Part shown: positions 12,419-23,306 of the stretch, piece after piece
Position numbering within the stretch: position 1 is the stretch's first letter
Layout: each line of letters starts with the position of its first letter
Origin: Haliotis rufescens
Taxonomy: Eukaryota
DNA length: 64,000 nucleotides
Assembly (NCBI RefSeq): GCF_023055435.1
Contig: NW_025963779.1
Location: 47,802,001 to 47,866,000, forward strand
Direction: 5' to 3'
The notes under the pieces: model-generated
Told to the model about the DNA's origin: nothing
The model's database searches: none
Seen by the model: only the letters and a program-made list of their open reading frames with translations
Translations under genes and position numbers: made by a program

Positions 12419-14257
12419 TGAAGATCCATTCACTCTGGTCATTATTGATTGTGTTCGTCCCTTGCTTGAAGTTATCGCTGGACAAAATGACAGCTAACCT
12501 CACTGTCCAAGCCGTAAAATGCCGAAAATAAAATGATATAGCCACATCATGATAGGTCTGAAACAGTGCCACCAAGTCGGCCAATTGAATCTGTATCAGA
12601 TGAGTGCAATTCGGAATTTACCAGTGAGCACGTGAGCTAGTTTGATGATTTTGGGGAGAAGGTTTAGCCTCGTCCTATACACACTGAGGTGTTAAGCAAT
12701 CTTGATATTAAACAAGCTCACCTTACTTCAGAACAACAGAGACAGATGTCAGATATTATTCACGAGTTTGTTCATCTATTTACGGTGAAAGTGATGCATT
12801 GTTTGTGAAACCGGGTCCTACTGACTCAGCGTGCAGGCCGATGCACCAGATGTACTTTATCAGTGCAAAGTATGTCAGTTGAATTAAAAAAAATGCACTG
12901 GCTACCTTTCAAAGCCTCATCAATGACATTTCAGGCCTGTATAGCGACTTACAACGTATATCAGAGGCAAAGTGGATTGTAATTTTGTTCAAAATATAAA
13001 ATTTGCTCAGGCTCATGCTATCTTTTTAGGTCATGTAGTCGGTCAAGGTCATGCACAATCGATTGAGGTAAAAGTAGAGTGTATTACAAATTGTCTAGTT
13101 CCAACAAGCAAAACGAACGTTATAGGATTTCTGGGTATTACTGGTTACAACATTAACGCCTGTCAAACTGTCTCTGGTGTAGCGTCCCCTCTCTCGAATT
13201 TGTTGAACAAAGTTACAAAATGTCTTTGGGATAACCACTGCCAGGGCACACTCACTAACTCTCTAGTCTAGTTGATGCAAATGGCATTGGTGCAGGTGTA
13301 GTGTTATAAGAAGATGCAAACCGCATCTTTCACCTGCTTCTTACCTTTGTAAGACATTTGACAAGCACCAGATAATTTGTCCATTTTAAAGAAAGCTTTT
13401 CCTGCATGCAAACTTTCTACCCCTGGATGATATATTGATTGTTCATTGAACTCCTGTGGTTATTTACTAGTTTCACAATTTAGTTCTGTGAGAACCGATT
13501 TATGTGTTAACCTCGTCGTTTCAATTTGGAATCACCTCATCACACATGCTTGTTTCAGATTTCTTATGTGTTCCATGGCTAATGCTAGCACAGAAAGTTT
13601 ATATTTCGCTTTCTACGCAAACACAACTGAACACGTGTTTCTCTTCATGATGTCAACTGCCGCAGCATTTCTACTTTTAACAATAACCCGATTGTTTCAA
13701 CTACTTCTGTTACCCAGATCATTAAAATCAACCACAAACGACTTCCTGTTCAGTTGATAGCTGAAATGTGACATTTATAAAGATGTTACTACTGCCACAT
13801 AACTGACGGGACGATTTGCAGGTGAATCTGGCGCAAGTATTACCAGGTTGAGTGATGAAAGGGCATCGAAAGCACGACTTCTGACGTCACAGAACCAAAC
13901 ATGTTAGTGATTGAGCCTTGGGGTACTACTCTGGTACACATTTTCTAAAAGGTTAATTCATTTCCTCATAACTAGTGTCAAGCAGGCGCCTAAGAAATAC
14001 ACACGGACATTGAAGCAAATTACCAATCATTCAGCTTCAACTTCCGCTCTATATCCGGGAGGTCGGTTTAAATGATGAACTGCTGGCTGTCAGTAAACCA
14101 ATTACATACTGCCCACATATAGTGTGCTTATTTGTTCATTGCTTGCCTTTAGAATAAAGTTAAAGGGATTATGCTTCGTTTCTCTAAATAATTTCCCGAC
14201 TATTTTCAGAAGAAACATAGTTTTGAAGAGGAAAACATTTGTACTCTAAGACTAAAA

Positions 14258-14480
14258 TTTGTTTGTTTGTTGTTTATCCCCGCACAATACTCAAGCCTTA
14301 TGATGACGTGAATATGTTCAAATAATCGAGTCCGGACATGACAATCTCGTGACTGACATCATGAGCATCGATCCACGCAACTAGGACACGATGACATGCA
14401 GTCAACCAAGTCACCGAGGTAGATCCTCCGATTCATTTACTCGCCCCTTACGACAAGCATATCCACATTGGGTTAAGAAC
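14258..14480 (-). mobile_element. Degenerate gastropod (Haliotis-type) SINE-like interspersed repeat
   Basis: (AAAC)n tail on the minus strand; body AATAATCGAGTCCGGAC..ATGAGCATCGATC..GATGACATG..CAACCAAGTCA..CTTACGACAAGCAT matches, from memory, an abundant abalone repeat; not database-verified. Confidence 0.55.
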
Positions 14481-14591
14481 ACCATACGGGATGATCATAC
14501 GCGATGATCAACTGAAAATAGGTTTGTTTAGGCTTTAATGAGTATTCAAACTTAGATCAATTATACAACATGAATGCTTATTTTCTAAACT

Positions 14592-15190
14592 CTTCAACAA
14601 AATTAGGGGTTGCATGTACCAGCGCTGCAATACTGTGTGTCAGGCTACCTATGCACGTGTCAGTGCAGCAATACTGTGTGTCAGGCTATCTATGCACGTG
14701 TCAGTGCAGCAATACTGTGTGTCAGGCTATCTATGCATGTGTCAGTGCAGCAATACTGTGTGTCAGGCTACCGATGCAAGTGTCAGTGCAGCAATACTGT
14801 GTGTCAGGCTACCTATTCAAGTGTCAGCGCTGCAATACTGTGTGTCAGGCTACCTATTCAAGTGTCAGCGCTGCAATACTGTGTGTCAGGTTATCTATGC
14901 ACATGTCAGCGCTGCAATACTCTGTGTCAGGCTAACGATACACGTGTCAGCGCTGCAATACTGTGTGTCAGGTTATCTATGCATGTTTTAGCGCTGCAAT
15001 ACTGTGTGTCAGGCTACCTATGCACGTGTCAGCGCTGCAATACTGTGTGTCAGGCTACCTATGCAAGTGTCAGCGCTGCAATACTGTGTGTCAGGTTATC
15101 TATGCACATGTCAGCGCTGCAATACTCTGTGTCAGGCTAACGATACACGTGTCAGCGCTGCAATACTGGGTGTCAGGTTATCTATGCATG
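14592..15190. repeat. 41-bp minisatellite, left part (GTGTCAGCGCTGCAATACTGTGTGTCAGGCTACCTATGCAC)
   Basis: 41-bp period seen directly; cut by Gypsy A at 15191. Confidence 0.95.
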
Positions 15191-15777
15191 TGTTACAGTA
15201 CATATATTTCATTACACTTTTTATATTTTTAACAAATTAAACTTAAACTAGGAAATTCTAAAATTCGAAAGTCGCTAGACCAGTATTTCTCGTTTTTATC
15301 GCCACTGGTCGACCATGACGGCTGCTCCTTGGCAAGCTCATTCACGCGAACAGTAAATTACATAATCATAGATGAAGTCGGCGCGTACGTCCGCCCCGGC
15401 CCTTGTTCTCTTGATAAATGTTTTGTTACCAGCTGGCGCAGGTTTTGACCACCATCTTAAACTGTAATTAAAATAAACTCTCCTCTGGCAATACTGATAC
15501 CATTCTATTACCACCTGCTTTTGTGTAGTCAACTTTGACAGCCCAGGGCAGATAACAGAGACCGAAATTACAACTTCAAAGTAATTGTTAATGTGATAAG
15601 AGTAGAGCTGTGGGGGTATATAACTCCTTGGGTGTTGGTCCTCAGCACACTTGCTTGAATAAACCCTAAGGACCTCACAGCTCTCTTCTCTCCTGTTTCA
15701 AGGCTAGCTCCCAATAGCTAATTCCCCAAACCGAGGCCTGACAGTTATTGGGATCACCCCAAAAAGGCTGTCTTAAT
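15191..15777 (+). repeat. Gypsy A 5' LTR (short form, 587 bp)
   Basis: TG start; TATATAA at ~15617; AATAAA at ~15658; followed by TGGTGGAGA; ~99% identical to the 3' copy apart from indels; ends ...TCTTAAT, not CA. Confidence 0.85.
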
Positions 15778-15786
15778 TGGTGGAGA
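15778..15786 (+). promoter_or_regulatory. Truncated primer-binding site (tRNA-Ala-like, only 9 nt)
   Basis: TGGTGGAGA is complementary to the ...UCUCCACCA end of tRNA-Ala; diverges from the fuller copy at 25331. Confidence 0.7.
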
Positions 15787-15976
15787 CGTTCGATCCTCGG
15801 TGCCTGGAGCCAGCCTTGAGAAATACAAGTTGAGACTGTGACGTTACCTGTACCTGACTCCACACTACCACCACCCCCTCCACGGCTTGACACCACACTA
15901 TGCCCGCTGACACCATCGTCTCCTACAGAAGCAACAACACAGTCAGTCTCATCTTACCCAGCAACAACCCCCAATA

Positions 15977-17392
15977 ATGGCACAGATACATCTCCCCAAA
16001 TACACAGGTCAGCAGGATGCTGAAAGTTGGTGGGCAGATTTCTACAATTTCAACTTCCTCCATCGTCACACAGACACCCAATCCTGTAGAATTCTGCCCT
16101 TCTACCTGGACGGAGCTGCTAAAGTATGGTTCAGGGACCTGCCTGCGCACACACAGCTGGACATCCACTTGCTGAAAGCAGCCTTTCAGCAACGATTCCG
16201 AAGTTCGCCAGCTTTCAATTTGAGTCTTCTTGACATGACACAGAAGAAACAGGAGGACGTTGGAGACTTCATCACCAGGGTCCAAGCATCCGCGTTACAC
16301 TCCTGCTTACCACAATCTGTGATAGTAGCCATTGCAATCAATGGGCTACTCCCACAGATTAAGCAGTGGGTGTATATGAAGGAGCCACTGACCCTGGATG
16401 AGGTTCGTCACCATGACCAACTGGCTGTACAATCGCAGGCCCCAAGCAAGGAAGAGGTCAGCTTGGTCCAACAAGTTGAGCAATTAACGAACTTGGTGAC
16501 CATGCTGATCACTACAAACAAAGTCTGTGCTGTACAATCAGCAACTCCCTCATCCCACCATCAGCAGCACGAGCCCCAGGTCCAGCAACAGCCACCCTCC
16601 CCATCACCAAGATACCACCAGCAACCACAACAGGAACCATACCAACCACCACAGGATCCATACCAGTCACCACAGGAACAATACCAACCACCACAGGATC
16701 CATACCAGTCACCACAGGAACCATACCAGTCACCATAAGAATCATACCAACCACCACAGGAACCATACCAGCCACCAAAGGAACCATACCAGTCACCACA
16801 GGAACCATACCAGTCACCACAGGAACAATACCAACCACCACAGGATCCATACCAGTCACCACAGGAACCATACCAGTCGCCACAAGAATCATACCAACCA
16901 CCACAGGAACCATACCAGTCACCACAGGAACAATACCAACCACCACCACAGCAGTACCAACCACTACAACATCAATACCAGATACGGCAGGAACAATATC
17001 AACCACTACAGGAACAATACCAACCATCACCACAGCACTATCAGCCACCACAGAAGGAGTATGCAGTCCCACCACCTCAGCCCCACCACACAGCACAGCA
17101 ACAACAACAGACGCCATCCTTCTACCCGTACAGCTCCAGCAACAGTCAACGTCTGCCAATTCCACAGCACCTTCGAGGCAGATGTTGCGGATGTGGTGAG
17201 TTTTTTCGGTTCCCTCACAATTGCCCTCATAGAAATACAGTCTGTAATTATTGCTCACGCATAGGTCACCATGCAAAAGTATGCATGCGCGCATACTTTA
17301 CACAATATCGACAGCCACAGGGACTCATACCTGATACTCATCGTTCTGGGGTCAGGCAAGAGTCAGCCTTTGTATCACTTGTGGCTCCCTAG
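15977..17392 (+). pseudogene. gag: Gypsy A gag with Pro/Gln repeat and two zinc knuckles; premature TAA at 16736; TAG at 17390 before the in-frame protease
   Basis: LPKYTG..DAESWW..LPFYLDGAAKVWF..LKAAFQQRF..QKKQEDVGDF (retrotransposon gag); the same frame continues to CCGCGE..HNC and CNYCSRIGHHAKVC. Confidence 0.88.
16610..17070 (+). repeat. 21-bp coding minisatellite in gag, (P/S)PQ(E/D)(P/Q)YQ
   Basis: CCACCACAGGAACCATACCAA-type units, in frame. Confidence 0.9.
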
Positions 17393-20300
17393 ACAAAGAA
17401 CACTGTTCATGTCAAGGTGAAACAAGTGAGAACTACAGCTCTTGTTGACACAGGTGCATCAGTTAGCTGTGTCAGCATGGGCTACTTAAACAAGGTTGGC
17501 ATCAAACCCTCTCATTTACGCCCATCTCACCTAACCGAAATCATAGGTGTAGGTGGTGAAAAACATTCTGTGCTAGGCTCTGTCTCTCTTGACATTAACA
17601 TAGGGCATATCTACCTCTCCCAAATCTTTCATGTCTTTCACAACTTACATCACTCTCTCATCTTAGGAATTGACTTCCTTGAATTAAACAAAGTCACTAT
17701 AGACCTGCCCTCAAAATGCCTTCACATACACGAAGGTCTTGTTTCAGTCTCTCTGGCATCAATCAATGGAGGCTAATTATTCCTCCACACTCTCAAGCAG
17801 ACATTCCCATCAAAATTTCTCATTGTCAACAAGGTCAAGTTTTTCTTCTTGAACCAGTTCCGGCATTAAATGACATGCAGCTCCAAGGTGCTAAGTGCCT
17901 TATAACCAACAATCCAAAATCAGCTTGCATGAGATTGCTTAATGCGAGTGACAGCCATGTCACTTTATATTCAAAAACAGTGGTTGCTGTAGCCTCAGAG
18001 ATTGACCCCACATCTGTCCTTGACCTTCCTGACACTTCTGATTCTGATCCCCCTACTTCTACAACTGCTAACACAACACATTCACAGGACATTGACTTTG
18101 ATCTTAGTGATGCTGACCTCACACATGAACAACAAACACATTTACGTGCATTTCTCCAATCACAAAGGTCAGTTTTTGCCTCAGATTGGTCAGAATTAGG
18201 ACACACCCACTTACATCAACACAGAATAGAAACAGGTGATGCCAGACCGATGAGACTCCCTTTTTACAGGCAAAACGCAGCCATTAGAAAAGAATGTTCA
18301 ATACAGGTAAAAGAAATGTTAGATGCCAATATCATTCAACCTAGTTCTTCTGAGTGGCACTCACCTGTTGTCATGGTTAAGAAACGTGACAGCTCTTACC
18401 GCTTTGCCGTAGATTATAGACGCCTCAATGCAGTTACTAAGCCTATTTTTTTTCCTCTGCCACGTTTTGAAGATGTCGTTGATGCCGTAGGTGACAGCCA
18501 TGCCAAAATCTTTAGTGTCCTAGATTGTGCTAGTGGCTTTTGGCAAATACCACTCCACCCAGATACAAAACACAAGTCCGCCTTCATTACGCCTGATGGT
18601 GTTTTTGAATGGAATCGCCTTCCTTTCGGCCTCAAAAATGCTCCTATGGCATTTCAGCAAACCATTTCAGAGGCACTAAAAGAGATGAATTGGCGTTACA
18701 TATTGATATATGTCGATGACATAATAATATTTTCTAAAACCTTTTCGGAACATCTGAATCACCTCAAGGCAGTATTCCAAAAGATCAGAGAAGCAGGCCT
18801 CACTCTAAAACCCAGCAAATGTAAATTCGCAACCAAACAAGTTACCTACTTAGGGCATATCTTCAGCAAAGATGGCATCCATGTTGATCCTTCCAAAATA
18901 GATTCAGTCACACAGATTCCACCTCCTAAAAATGTCCATGATGTGCGTCATTTCCTAGGTTTGGCATCATATTATCGGAAATTTGTAGCAAACTTTTCTG
19001 GCATTGCCTCCCCTCTTTACAATCTTCTGAAAAAAGATGCATTTTTCGAATGGTCATACAATTGTCAACAGGCATTTGAAAAGCTAAAACATGCCCTTAC
19101 ATCTGCTCCTATCCTCGCATACCCTGACCAAAACCAACCCTTCATCCTCACAACTGATGCATCTCAAACTGCAATAGGGTACATTTTAGGCCAACTTGAT
19201 TCTCAAGGTAGAGAACATGTAATATGTTATGGTGGTCGCTCTCTCCATACTGCTGAAAAGAATTGGGGTATCACACATCTAGAATGCCTGGCCGTCCTAG
19301 AAGGTATTAAAAACTTCAGGGTGTACCTTGCAAATGGATCATTTTCTGTTTACACAGACCACAAAGCTCTGACTTGGCTTAAGAAAACCAAACATGACTC
19401 TGGTCGCCTTAGTAGATGGTCCCTAATGCTGCAAGAGTATGATTTTGAGATCATACACAGGCCAGGCAAAGCCAACACAAATGCAGATGCCTTATCTCGC
19501 ATTCCTCATGCAGAGCAAGTACATCAACCTAACACTGATGATATACCCTCCCCACCCATTTCAACAGAACCCATCTCATCAACCCGCACATATGCACAAG
19601 TAGCTGCCACTGCTTCATCTCCACTCTTATCCACTCCAATTTCACATTCGATGTCACCATCAAGCAGCCCCAAAGTGTCATTCCCTCATCACCAAGGCAA
19701 CATGAGGTTTACACCCTCGACTGCCACTTCTCCCCATTATGCCAATCCCAATACAGGCAACAAGAGGTCTACACCCTCGACTGCCACTTCTCCCCATTAT
19801 GCCGATCCCAATGCAGGCAACAAGAGGTCTACACCCTCGACTGCCTCTTCTCTCCATTATGCCAATCCCAATACAGGCAACAAGAGGTCTACACCCTCGA
19901 CTGCCACTTCTCACCATTATGCCAATGCCAATACAGGCAACAAGAGGTCTACACCCTCGACTGCCCATTCTTCCCATTATGCCAATCCCAATGCAGACAA
20001 CAAGAGGTCTACACCCTCGACTGCTCATTCTTGCCATTACGCCAATCCCAATGCAGGCAACATGAGGCCTACACCCTCGACTGCCTCTTCTCTCCAACAT
20101 GCTAATTCTCACTCCGACAACAAGAGGTCTACACCTTCAACTTCCTTCACTCGCCAATATGCTTATTCAAAAGCAGGCAATATGAGGTCTACACCCTCAA
20201 CAGCCTTATCTCACAAACCAGCCAGCCATGCTCATCCAAGTCCCATGCCACCTACTGACAAGAAGACAAACAAGTCGTTCACCACTGCTACAAAATCCTC

Positions 20301-22344
20301 CAACAACAGTGTCCACACCAAACTACCATTCATGTCTCGTCCCTCCAGCCAACTGAGGTCTTCTTCCTCTTCAACCAAATCATGTTCATCTCCACAAAAC
20401 AACTTTCCAAAGCATACAAACATTGACAATGACACTCTTGACTCACACAGTGTCTCATCAGAAGATATCAGTAGAGATGACATAACATCCTCTATATCTG
20501 TAGACTTTGTCTACAAGTCGGGTCCTCACGATCCTCCTTCAGGCCCTATGGTCTTTGTTATAGGAACTGATCTTGATGATAAAGACTTGGCAGAAAAGCA
20601 ACGTAAATCCCCTGACCTTCGTCCAATCATGGACTACATTGAAAAAGGTGAAATACAGATACACCTATACAGATGTTCAAGTCAAGGGTCTAACTGGCCT
20701 TGCTCAAGAGTATGACATACGTGATGGTATTCTGTACCACTTCTATCATGCAAAACATAGAGGTCAGAAAAACAATCGCCCTCCTATGGTAACACAGCTA
20801 GCTGTCCCTGTCTGCCGTCGCAAAGAGCTTATTTTTGCCTACCATGATTCCAAAGCTGGTGGTTGCCACTTGGGACGAGATGCCACTCGTCAGACAATAC
20901 TCACAAAGTATTACTGGCCAGGCTTATACCAGGATATTGAGAATTATGTCAAGTCCTGTGATGACTGCCAACGCTCCAAAAGAAGGACAAATGCCAAGCC
21001 AGCACCAATGGTGCCCATGCCTATTGAGGACACATTCTCTCGTCTCCATGTTGACATCCTCGGGCCATTGCCTGAGACTAAGGAAGGTTATAAGTATGTT
21101 CTCCTTGCAGTTGATTCCTTCTCACGCTGGACTGAAGGTTTCCCTATGCGCACCCAAGAAGCCTCCGAGGTTGCATCAATCCTGTTCACTGAGGTTTTCT
21201 CACAGTTTGGTGCTCCCCATACACTTCTTACTGACAGAGGTAGGCAGTTCACTTCCAAGCTAGTAAATGCTCTCTGTGAACTCCTCGATATCAAGCACTA
21301 CTACACTTCGTCCTACCACCCCCAGACTAATGGGATGTGTGAAAGGAGGAACAGTGTCATAGAGCAGGCTCTCCGAACATATGCTGACCCTGATCAGACC
21401 AATTGGGCCAAACTCATTCCATGTGTTATGATGGCCATGTGCAATGTACCTTGTCAATCTACAGGGTATTCACCACACTACCTTCTGTTTGGAAAGGAAA
21501 TGAATCTTCCTTTTGACACAACCTTGCTGCCTAAATCTACCCTCGGCAAAGATGCACAGGGTCATCTTCAAGATCTCTTGAAAAATCTGAATGTGGCAAA
21601 ATCCCTTGCAAAGGACAACGTGTCTGCTGCTCAGGATAAAAGCAAGAATCTTCAGGATATCAGAGCCAAGAAACCTTCATTTGCAGTTGTTGATCAGGTT
21701 CTCATGACTGATCCAACTGTCTCAAAACTGGCCTTTCCCCCAAACTGTCAAAGAAATGGATAGGACCTTACAGAATCATTCGCATCAGTCTAAACCATAC
21801 ATTCAAACTACTGAACACTAACACAAACAAAGAACATAAATCCTTCATTCATGCCAACAGACTTAAAACTTATACACCTCCAACCCCTCGAAGACAACCT
21901 GCACAACCAGCTCAGCATCTAGCAACACCCACTCAGTCGCCAGCCTCCCAGCCCGACAATCCTCGTAGAGAAGCCTCACAAACAGCCGGGCATCAATCAA
22001 CTCCAACTCAGTCAACATCCTCCCATCCTGACAACCCTACCACAACACAGCACACTTCCGTAGAGCATCCCATTATGCTACCTCACTCGTCTGATAACTC
22101 TGACACTATTCCACAGAGTCCCACATCATCTGCCCAACCAGATGATCAACTTTATGCTGTAAAACGCAAAGCTAAAAAGAAGTCAGGAGTAACTCATTAC
22201 CTAATTGAATGGGAAGGTTACCCCCAACGCACCTGGGAACCTGCCTCCAACCTTAGTGCGGAAATGGTAAGTGATTACCATACATTTAGAACAGGATCTG
22301 GTCACAGACGGAAACGGAAACACAGATATTTTGCAAAATCATAG
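17393..22344 (+). pseudogene. pol: Gypsy A pol: protease, RT, RNase H, long repeat linker, integrase (HHCC, DDE, GPY/F), chromodomain; frameshifts near 17770, 20650 and 21725
   Basis: ALVDTGAS; DYRRLN, LPFGLKNAP, YVDD; TDAS, VYTDHKAL, NADALSR; YH..GCHLG..CDDCQ, HVDILG, LTDRG, NGMCERRN; WIGPYRI..HANRLK; YLIEWEGYPQRTWEPASNL. Confidence 0.92.
19695..20210 (+). repeat. 60-bp in-frame tandem repeat (~9 units, GNKRSTPSTATSPHYANPNT) between RNase H and integrase
   Basis: exact 60-bp period; reading frame open throughout. Confidence 0.95.
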
Positions 22345-23306
22345 GTCGTGACCTTCCATGCTATTCCTCCTGGCAACAAGTCATCATTTGTCAAGGTAGA
22401 TGAGCTCTGACCACCCCCTACAGGTAATCAAATTGCCTTGTGTTCTATAAGTGCTACGCAGTGAAATGTTGTGGCCACAACTTTCCTGCATCAATGGTCA
22501 TCCCATCTGACTTGTACTTTGGTTTCTTTTTGTCTTTGGTCAATCATGGGGAGCCACTATCCTTGAGTTCGGCTGATATTCATGCCTCCTGTCCTGAGTA
22601 ACCTTGCTTTGCCTCCAATCCCTAACTATGATACGTACACGTCAACTACCGTTAATCTCTCGTTGTCATCACCACCTTAACAGACTACAATGTTACCATT
22701 CTGTTAGGAATCTTGGCTGTTCCTTGGGCAGCATTTCTCATCCTTGTCTCAAAATCTCAACTTACTTGAGTGTGCCTCAATTCCAATTCTTCCACTCACT
22801 ATGTGTCCTTCCTATTGGCACATCCAACCGCCTTCTGGTGCCTCACTTCCCGCACATTCACAAACTCTTTAAGCACCCCTTTGCCACCTATATCCTAATA
22901 TTTCACAACGGATACTTTCAAATCGTAGACCTAGCGTGATGTGAAATGTTTGACAGTGTAAGGGCAAATTGTTGGGGAACGCTAAAAACTCCCTCATCAC
23001 ACAACAACCTTTCCTCATATTATGTATATTCTTGTTAACCGGTTTCCTTTTCACAGAAATGCTTGTTCATTACTTCAAATTGTCATTTTTCTTGTAGTTT
23101 AATATGTAGGTATGTTTCAGAATCTTTGTAATGGAAATCGTGTGCCTTATGTTTTCAACTGATCAAACTATCTTCATGCAAACATTTGTTCATGTCCAAC
23201 GTAATCTATTGTATCATTGTATTCTGATTATCTATGTATATTCGCTTCATTTTAATCCTTTTCTTTTGGCTTTTGAGGACAAAAGCTCCACGACGCACAG
23301 GGGTAT

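Larger units (their letters stand above)
9670..13400 (+). pseudogene. Highly degraded Ty3/Gypsy element with SCAN-type gag (Gmr1-like): gag, zinc knuckle, protease and RT/RNase H fragments
   Basis: LVPPFQEK / FAKVATNLKWQKEHW..VLKGKAQE / DEVKRVILKAY / LVPNTCRQ..FDRW..LRQLILFEDFK (gag); CRYVHKSGHLSVDC; GTQSLLLEGVLP (PR); LSNLDIKQAHL; FLGHVVGQG..FLGITGY; VDANGIGAG. Many stops and frameshifts; no LTRs found. Confidence 0.75.

Noticed and set aside
22345-23306. Possible env or extra ORF between pol and the 3' LTR of Gypsy A
   Set aside because: Only short ORFs without signal peptide, fusion or transmembrane architecture.
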